Shown here one piece after another: positions 58,451 to 64,000 of a stretch of DNA of 64,000 bases. The notes below the pieces were generated by a model that worked only from the letters and a program-made list of their open reading frames with translations, did not search any database and was not told where the DNA came from. This DNA is from Escherichia phage SelmaRatti: sequence record MZ501103, one strand, 5' to 3'. Position 1 is the first letter of the stretch; the number at the start of each line of letters is the position of its first letter. A program made the translations under genes and the position numbers.

Positions 58451-59596
58451 ATGACTACTTTACTAAACCTGAATTGGGATCATACTAATGCTGACCTTTT
58501 CCTGGGAGATTCTCTCGGTATCGCAGATTATGTACGTGTAGCACATCCAGAACTAGAACGTCTGGCGTTATTAGCTCGCTCTCAATTTTGGACTGAAACT
58601 GAAATCAGTCTGGAAGCAGATAAGAAACAATGGCCTAATCTCCCACGAGAAATTCAGGAAATTACCCTCCTGAACTTAGCATGGCAGACTCAAACAGATT
58701 CTTTCATTAGTCGCGCGCCTGAAGCAGCTATTATGCCGCTTGTAAGTCGTCCAGAATTGGAAGGCATGCTCAAACAGTGGAGCTATTTTGAAGACCTGCA
58801 TAGTCGTGCTTATAGCAATATTATTCGTAATGTTCTGACTGATCCAGCAGAATTTATTGATTCTGTAACCAAAAACCAAGAAGCATTCGCACGCATCGCT
58901 GATTCTGTTGAACTATTCGATGAACTGTACCAGTTAGGTCAGTATTTCATCGCAGTACGCGATCATCGTGGTGACAATACATATCCAGAAACTGAGTTCC
59001 CTGAAGTTAAACGTGAAACTCAGGCTAAGCTATTAGACGCTTACTTTGCGATCTATGGTCTGGAAGCAATGCAGTTTTACGCATCCTTTGCATGTACCTT
59101 TGCATTAGCAGAGAACGATATTCTGCAAGGTATTGCTAAAAATCTGCAATTAATCGCTAAAGATGAAGCTCTGCACACTCAGATGTCCAAAGCAATCATC
59201 CAGATTATGTTCCAGCAGTTTGACAAAGATCTGGTGGATGAAGCAGTGGCTAAAGCACCAGCACAGCTCCTGAAAACTCTGAAAACTGAAATTGAATGGG
59301 GTCACTTCATTTTCAAAGGTCGTAGTCTTATTGGCTTGAATGCAGAACTTCTAGAAGAATATCTGTACTTTGTGGGGCGTAATGCATTTATGCACATCGG
59401 TGTAGAATGGCCTAGTCATTTACCAGCAATCACTAAGAACCCCATTCCGTGGATCATGAACTGGCTGGATACCACTTCTTTACAGCCTGCTCCACAAGAA
59501 ATCCAGATCGGTGCAGCATATCGTGTAGGTCAAGTCACCGAAACCTCTACTGATACTCTGAAAGATCTGGGTAATGAATTTGGAGATTTCTTATGA
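58451..59596 (+). CDS. nrdB: ribonucleoside-diphosphate reductase beta subunit
   Basis: 381 aa; di-iron ligand blocks (E..H) and radical-Tyr region; own promoter and RBS. Confidence 0.9.
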   Translation: MTTLLNLNWDHTNADLFLGDSLGIADYVRVAHPELERLALLARSQFWTETEISLEADKKQWPNLPREIQEITLLNLAWQTQTDSFISRAPEAAIMPLVSRPELEGMLKQWSYFEDLHSRAYSNIIRNVLTDPAEFIDSVTKNQEAFARIADSVELFDELYQLGQYFIAVRDHRGDNTYPETEFPEVKRETQAKLLDAYFAIYGLEAMQFYASFACTFALAENDILQGIAKNLQLIAKDEALHTQMSKAIIQIMFQQFDKDLVDEAVAKAPAQLLKTLKTEIEWGHFIFKGRSLIGLNAELLEEYLYFVGRNAFMHIGVEWPSHLPAITKNPIPWIMNWLDTTSLQPAPQEIQIGAAYRVGQVTETSTDTLKDLGNEFGDFL

Positions 59597-60126
59597 TTAC
59601 AGCAATGTATGCAGTTGGGCCGAATGGAGAGTTCGGCCTCCGAGGTAAACTTCCCTGGGGTTCCTTCAAAGAAGAACTAGATGCTTTCTATTCTCAACTG
59701 GACGTGTTGAATCCAGATAACATCATCATTGGTGCGGGTACTTATTTAGCACTTCCAGAAGTTGTTCGGCAACGTATGATTGGAGAATCTGACCTCTTTA
59801 TTCGTGCGGATCGTCCTCTGCCTGATGATATTAAACATGGTATTTACACTCCAATTTCTAAGATTGGGGATACATTACCTACATTCTTAAAAGATCAACA
59901 GACAGTGGTTTTAGGTGGCGCAACATTACTGTACGAAATGTATATTCATGGACATATTGAAAGTGCTTTTGTATCAACAATCTTTAGTAATCAAAAACTA
60001 GAGGCAGATGTACATCTGGATAATATGATTCTAGATTACAACTATGAATCTACTCGTTTAGTTTACGCAACCGGCGCAAACAGTGATAACAGCCTGCGAT
60101 TTGTACAGGAATTGGTTACTTATTAA
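59593..60126 (+). CDS. frd: dihydrofolate reductase
   Basis: 177 aa; N-terminal MITAMYAVGPNGEFG..LPW typical of DHFR; ATGA-coupled to nrdB. Confidence 0.85.
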   Translation: MITAMYAVGPNGEFGLRGKLPWGSFKEELDAFYSQLDVLNPDNIIIGAGTYLALPEVVRQRMIGESDLFIRADRPLPDDIKHGIYTPISKIGDTLPTFLKDQQTVVLGGATLLYEMYIHGHIESAFVSTIFSNQKLEADVHLDNMILDYNYESTRLVYATGANSDNSLRFVQELVTY

Positions 60127-60959
60127 TGAAACAGTATATTGATTTAATTAATAAAGTTTTATCTGAGGGAACTCACGTGTCTGACCGGACAGGTGTAGGT
60201 ACTATCTCTTCCCTAAATAATATTGTCTCTTTTGACCTTACTAAAGGGTTTCCAGCAGTAACAACAAAAGCACTAGCGTGGAAATCCGTGGTAGGGGAGT
60301 TGTTGTGGTTCCTCTCAGGATCCACTAACTTGTATGATCTAGAAGAGTATACTCATGGGACTAGAGGAGAGAAGCGTACTATCTGGCATCCTAATTATGA
60401 AAAACAAGGGGTCGAAAAAGGCTACACTGAAGGTTATCTGGGATATATTTATGGGAAAACCTGGAGAGACTTCTTCGGCACAGACCAGATTATGAAACTA
60501 ATCGAGGATATCAAATCCGATACTTTTCATAATAGAAAAATGGTAGTCTCAGCATGGAATCCTGCAAAACTTGACGACGTTGTGCTTTCCCCCTGCCACG
60601 TAATGTTCTCCGTAAACCAAAGAGATGGACACCTACACTTAACATGGTACCAGGTTAGTTGTGATGTATTTCTGGGATTACCATTTAATATAGCTAGCTA
60701 TGCCTTACTCTGTCATATTTTAGCTGCACTCACAGGAAAGAAACCTGGGTCAGTAACGGGACATCTTGTGGACACTCATATTTACTTAAATCACCTAGAC
60801 CAAGTAAAGGAGCAAGTAACTAGAGAACCCCTGGAGCTACCTAGACTAGTGCTACCAAACTTCTCTTCCTTAGAAGATCTTCTGGCCCTAACACCCAAAG
60901 ACTTTATCCTGGAAGAATATAAACATCACCCTAAATTAACTGGTAAAATGGCAGCATGA
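60126..60959 (+). CDS. thyA: thymidylate synthase
   Basis: 277 aa; GELLWFL and catalytic SPCH region. Confidence 0.9.
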   Translation: MKQYIDLINKVLSEGTHVSDRTGVGTISSLNNIVSFDLTKGFPAVTTKALAWKSVVGELLWFLSGSTNLYDLEEYTHGTRGEKRTIWHPNYEKQGVEKGYTEGYLGYIYGKTWRDFFGTDQIMKLIEDIKSDTFHNRKMVVSAWNPAKLDDVVLSPCHVMFSVNQRDGHLHLTWYQVSCDVFLGLPFNIASYALLCHILAALTGKKPGSVTGHLVDTHIYLNHLDQVKEQVTREPLELPRLVLPNFSSLEDLLALTPKDFILEEYKHHPKLTGKMAA

Positions 60960-61729
60960 TTTACATCTATAGTATAACTCAGTTATCTACTGGAAGACAG
61001 TACGTTGGATCGACTAAGGATATTGAGGCTAGAAAGCGTAAACATTTTTACTCACTAAGTAAGGGGAACCACCATAACGCTTTTCTACAGAGAGCTTATG
61101 ATAAAACCGGAAAGCAAGACTTTGTATTTGACATCTTAGATACTACTGAAGAAGTAGATCAGCAGTTCCTACTAGAAGAAGAGTGGGCTAAGGAGCTGGG
61201 AGCAGAGTTCAACATAGGTAGTTACGGTGGTGGGGATAATCTCACAAATAATCCTCGAAGAGAGGAGATTATTAAGAGAATTGGTGAGAGTGTTAGAAAG
61301 CATATAGCGTCCTTATCTGAAGAAGAAAGAAAAGCCCGGTGGAGTAGACCAGGTGAGCTAAACTATAACTGGAAGGGAGGAGTATCTACTCGCTCAAAAA
61401 CATGTATTGATTGTGGTTCCCTACTAGCCCTTAATAACACTAATGGGGAGTACTGTAATAGTTGCAGGGATCGAACAGGTGAGAATAACCCCTTTTATGG
61501 GAAGAAGCATACTGAAGAGGCTCTGAGCAAGATGTCTCAGGCTTCTAAGCAGTACCAAGAAAGTATTAGAGAGGGAAAGACACCCCTTCCTACCCACTTT
61601 AAGGCAGTACGTGTGGATGGTGTGGAATACGTTAGTATGAGTGCAGCAGCTATAGCATTGGGGTGTTCCACAGCGACTATAGGTAATAGAGTTCGTTCAC
61701 CTAAGTTCCCGACGTATGAGTTTGTATAA
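60956..61729 (+). CDS. GIY-YIG homing endonuclease with C-terminal zinc finger/NUMOD-like region
   Basis: N-terminal IYIYSITQLSTGRQYVGST...R...H GIY-YIG motif; CIDCGS...CNSC; ATGA overlap with thyA. Confidence 0.75.
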   Translation: MIYIYSITQLSTGRQYVGSTKDIEARKRKHFYSLSKGNHHNAFLQRAYDKTGKQDFVFDILDTTEEVDQQFLLEEEWAKELGAEFNIGSYGGGDNLTNNPRREEIIKRIGESVRKHIASLSEEERKARWSRPGELNYNWKGGVSTRSKTCIDCGSLLALNNTNGEYCNSCRDRTGENNPFYGKKHTEEALSKMSQASKQYQESIREGKTPLPTHFKAVRVDGVEYVSMSAAAIALGCSTATIGNRVRSPKFPTYEFV

Positions 61730-61734
61730 TTTAA

Positions 61735-61760
61735 ATAGCCCTTCGGGGCTATTATATTTA
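61735..61760 (+). terminator. terminator hairpin after GIY-YIG gene
   Basis: stem ATAGCCC/GGGCTAT with TTCG loop, T/A-rich tail. Confidence 0.55.
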
Positions 61761-61768
61761 AATTTCAT

Positions 61769-61797
61769 TTGCTTATTTAGTGAAATTTAAATATAAT
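61769..61797 (+). promoter_or_regulatory. sigma70-type promoter (TTGCTT-17-TATAAT)
   Basis: -35 61769-61774, -10 61792-61797. Confidence 0.6.
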
Positions 61798-61831
61798 ATA
61801 CTCAATTAATAAACAAAGGATAAATACGAAT

Positions 61832-62341
61832 ATGATTAATCCAAAAGTAGCTAATGCCTATATTAAGTACAAAGAAGGGACAGCTTCAAAAGAGCAGCTA
61901 AAGTTGCTGCTAGATGTAATAGCCCAAACGTTCCATTATATGGAACTACATGCACTAAATAGTGATGAGGACTGCCAGCTAGTCATTCGTTATGATGGAG
62001 TAGGTCAGGAAGAGGAATGGCCGGACTATCTAGCAGAGGAGATAGATAGTATAGAGTGTGATGAATCTTTAACTGCTGAGGAAACAGCACAGAAGGTTCA
62101 AAGAGTACTAGATGAATATTATAAAACCAAACCTAAGAGGGGTGCAACCTGTTCCATAGAAACTCTCACACCTTGTGAAGATGATATTCAAGAGGTAACT
62201 GAGTGGTTCTCAGAGTTTAAAGAATATACCCACTACTTTAGTGAGCCAGCTTTTCTCTCACTATTAGCACTACCTAGAATGTATAAACCAGCAGATAGTG
62301 AACCATCACATTGGCCTGAAGATACCTACGAAGGGGAATAA
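61832..62341 (+). CDS. hypothetical acidic protein
   Basis: 169-aa ORF downstream of promoter. Confidence 0.5.
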   Translation: MINPKVANAYIKYKEGTASKEQLKLLLDVIAQTFHYMELHALNSDEDCQLVIRYDGVGQEEEWPDYLAEEIDSIECDESLTAEETAQKVQRVLDEYYKTKPKRGATCSIETLTPCEDDIQEVTEWFSEFKEYTHYFSEPAFLSLLALPRMYKPADSEPSHWPEDTYEGE

Positions 62342-62343
62342 TA

Positions 62344-62820
62344 ATGTCGGTTTTCCACGTTTACACAGATGGGGCTTGTAAGGGTAATCCGGGTTTAGGT
62401 GCTTGGGGTTTCGTAGTTTATGATCCTAATGACGAACGTTTAGGTTCTAAGTCGGGTTTCAGCCCAAAAACTACAAATAATGAAATGGAACTCACAGCTA
62501 TTGTTGAAGTTCTGCGCTGGGCCACTAAGAATGATAAACGCCCAGTTATAATTTACACTGACTCTGCATACTGTAAAAATGGTATGGAGAGTTGGGTATT
62601 TGCCTGGCAAAAGAAAGGATGGAAAAAAGCAGATGGTGAGGCCCCTCTTAATCTAGAACTATGGAAAGAGGCATTTTCTTTACTACAGAAATATATAAAC
62701 TTCCATGACACTACGCCTACTTTTATAAAAGTCAAAGGTCACTCAGGGGACCCTAGAAATGATGAAGTAGATGCTCTATGTAACACAGTTATTACTGAGC
62801 AAGAACTTGCTGAGATGTAA
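62344..62820 (+). CDS. rnh: ribonuclease H
   Basis: 158 aa; VYTDGACKGNPG, ELTAI, YTDS RNase HI motifs. Confidence 0.85.
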   Translation: MSVFHVYTDGACKGNPGLGAWGFVVYDPNDERLGSKSGFSPKTTNNEMELTAIVEVLRWATKNDKRPVIIYTDSAYCKNGMESWVFAWQKKGWKKADGEAPLNLELWKEAFSLLQKYINFHDTTPTFIKVKGHSGDPRNDEVDALCNTVITEQELAEM

Positions 62821-62840
62821 TAAATAAATTAAAAATCTTC

Positions 62841-62869
62841 TTGCTTAAAGCCCTCTAATTTAGTATAAT
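62841..62869 (+). promoter_or_regulatory. sigma70-type promoter (TTGCTT-17-TATAAT)
   Basis: -35 62841-62846, -10 62864-62869. Confidence 0.6.
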
Positions 62870-62896
62870 ATTCGTATTGAAAGTGAGGAGGGCTTT

Positions 62897-63175
62897 ATGC
62901 GAATTTATAACTCAAATTCATTAGGATTTAAACCGTTGAGAAAACGTGCACAATCACCTCGTCAAATAAGAAAGGCTAATATTGGTGAGCCAGAAACACG
63001 TCTCCCACCTCCTCCAGAACAACGTTTAGTTTATCTGGATGAAGAATTAGCTGAACGCGAAAGAAAAGCTCAAGAAGAGATTGAGCGTAAGAAAATGTGT
63101 ACTGCTCCAGCGTATAATAAAGGAGCGTATCAATATGTTTCCGATGCAGAACAAGCCAAGATGGTTGGTAGATAA
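62897..63175 (+). CDS. hypothetical protein
   Basis: 92-aa ORF with GAGGAGGG RBS downstream of promoter. Confidence 0.45.
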   Translation: MRIYNSNSLGFKPLRKRAQSPRQIRKANIGEPETRLPPPPEQRLVYLDEELAERERKAQEEIERKKMCTAPAYNKGAYQYVSDAEQAKMVGR

Positions 63176-63191
63176 TTTTTAAAAAATTCAG

Positions 63192-63220
63192 TTGCTAAAC
63201 GCTTCAAATTCTCGTATAGT
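63192..63220 (+). promoter_or_regulatory. sigma70-type promoter (TTGCTA-17-TATAGT)
   Basis: -35 63192-63197, -10 63215-63220. Confidence 0.5.
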
Positions 63221-63258
63221 ATACTTCATAAATTGATAAACAAAAAGGAAAACAAATA

Positions 63259-63774
63259 ATGGCTAAGCAGAAAAACGCAAAAACTCAAGCAGCTACTACA
63301 GTTAAAACTTTCCCGCAGACTGAGGCTAACCGCAAAGCTCGTCTGGAACGCCACCTGCGCAAGCACCCTACTGATGCTCAAGCTGCACAGGCACTGAATC
63401 GTCCGGCTCCTATTCGTCAAAAGCCGAAGGCTAAGAATGCTACTCGTTCTGTAGCCCGCCTTGTGACCTATGTACAGGGTTATGGTCACAAATCTGTTCC
63501 AGTAACACTGAGTTTCAATGCTGGAGCTGAATTGTTCTCTCGTAATGGCATGGCCATGAAAGATTATGAGAAAGCAGTTAACCAGAAGCGTAAACCAACG
63601 GCAGATGTACTGCGTGATGCTCGTGGACAGTTTGGTTCTGTTAAGCCAAATATCTTCGGTGTAGAGTATAGCAAAGATAACGTTCGTGCTCTGTGCTACG
63701 GTGTAGGGATTAAATTCACGGGCGATTCTGCTCGTAAATCTGCTAAACCAGCTCGTAAACGTAAAGCGAAGTAA
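63259..63774 (+). CDS. hypothetical basic protein (possible DNA-binding)
   Basis: 171 aa, Lys/Arg/Ala-rich termini; own promoter. Confidence 0.5.
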   Translation: MAKQKNAKTQAATTVKTFPQTEANRKARLERHLRKHPTDAQAAQALNRPAPIRQKPKAKNATRSVARLVTYVQGYGHKSVPVTLSFNAGAELFSRNGMAMKDYEKAVNQKRKPTADVLRDARGQFGSVKPNIFGVEYSKDNVRALCYGVGIKFTGDSARKSAKPARKRKAK

Positions 63775-63780
63775 TAGATA

Positions 63781-63808
63781 AGAGGGGCTTTCGCCCCTCT
63801 TAGTTTGG
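63781..63808 (+). terminator. terminator hairpin
   Basis: stem agaggggc/gcccctct with TTTC loop followed by tagtttgg. Confidence 0.55.
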
Positions 63809-63815
63809 AGAAACT

Positions 63816-64000
63816 ATGCGTAATTTTGTAGTAAAGAATGATTTTAACCGTGCTAGCACTCATAAGTCTGCTAGAGATTACACACGACTTTCTAGTCATG
63901 AGATAATGGATTTAGCAGTGGATGAGTTAGACTTAGATGACCTCTCTATGGAAGAGAACTGGGATGTCAGTGAAGATATGCTTCCTGGTTTTAAAGACCC
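63816..64000 (+). CDS. hypothetical protein, 3'-truncated by window end
   Basis: ATG at 63816 after GGAG; ORF runs off the window. Confidence 0.35.
   Translation, partial: MRNFVVKNDFNRASTHKSARDYTRLSSHEIMDLAVDELDLDDLSMEENWDVSEDMLPGFKD

Noticed and set aside
59593-60959. Group I introns in the thyA, frd, nrdB or nrdD genes
   Set aside because: Each of these genes is a single uninterrupted ORF of the expected length with conserved motifs in order; only nrdA and the polymerase carry insertions, and those are in-frame inteins.

Overview
This window reads as one contiguous piece of a T5-like siphovirus genome (Tequintavirus-like), annotated from the sequence and ORF track alone with no database searches run. 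Positions 1-25125 (+ strand) carry the late structural module in T5 order: small and large terminase, an HNH endonuclease, portal, prohead protease, major capsid protein with a fused scaffold-like N-terminus, head/tail completion candidates, tail tube with a C-terminal Ig-like domain, a 1219-aa tape measure protein, distal tail protein, baseplate hub, central fibre protein, collar protein and a split tail-fibre locus. It converges at a bidirectional terminator (25132-25164) on an early replication module on the - strand (25169-53592): dUTPase, flap endonuclease, SbcCD-like nuclease, SSB-like protein, SF2 helicase, family-A DNA polymerase, primase, DnaB-like helicase, a two-gene NAD-dependent ligase, a large origin-binding-like ATPase, small unknown genes including a Sir2-like fragment, and anaerobic RNR NrdD. 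A + strand nucleotide-metabolism block follows (53892-64000): PhoH, NrdA, NrdB, DHFR, thymidylate synthase, a GIY-YIG endonuclease and RNase H. The most notable observations are LAGLIDADG inteins in both the DNA polymerase and NrdA (the latter at the catalytic Cys with an unusual Gly-Asn C-terminus), a family of zinc-ribbon/T5orf172-like endonuclease paralogs, reiterated very strong sigma70 promoters (one nearly identical to T5 PN25), a 618-bp gene-free island with an orphan promoter, and a truncated Sir2-like protein. No tRNA, rRNA or CRISPR array was recognised.
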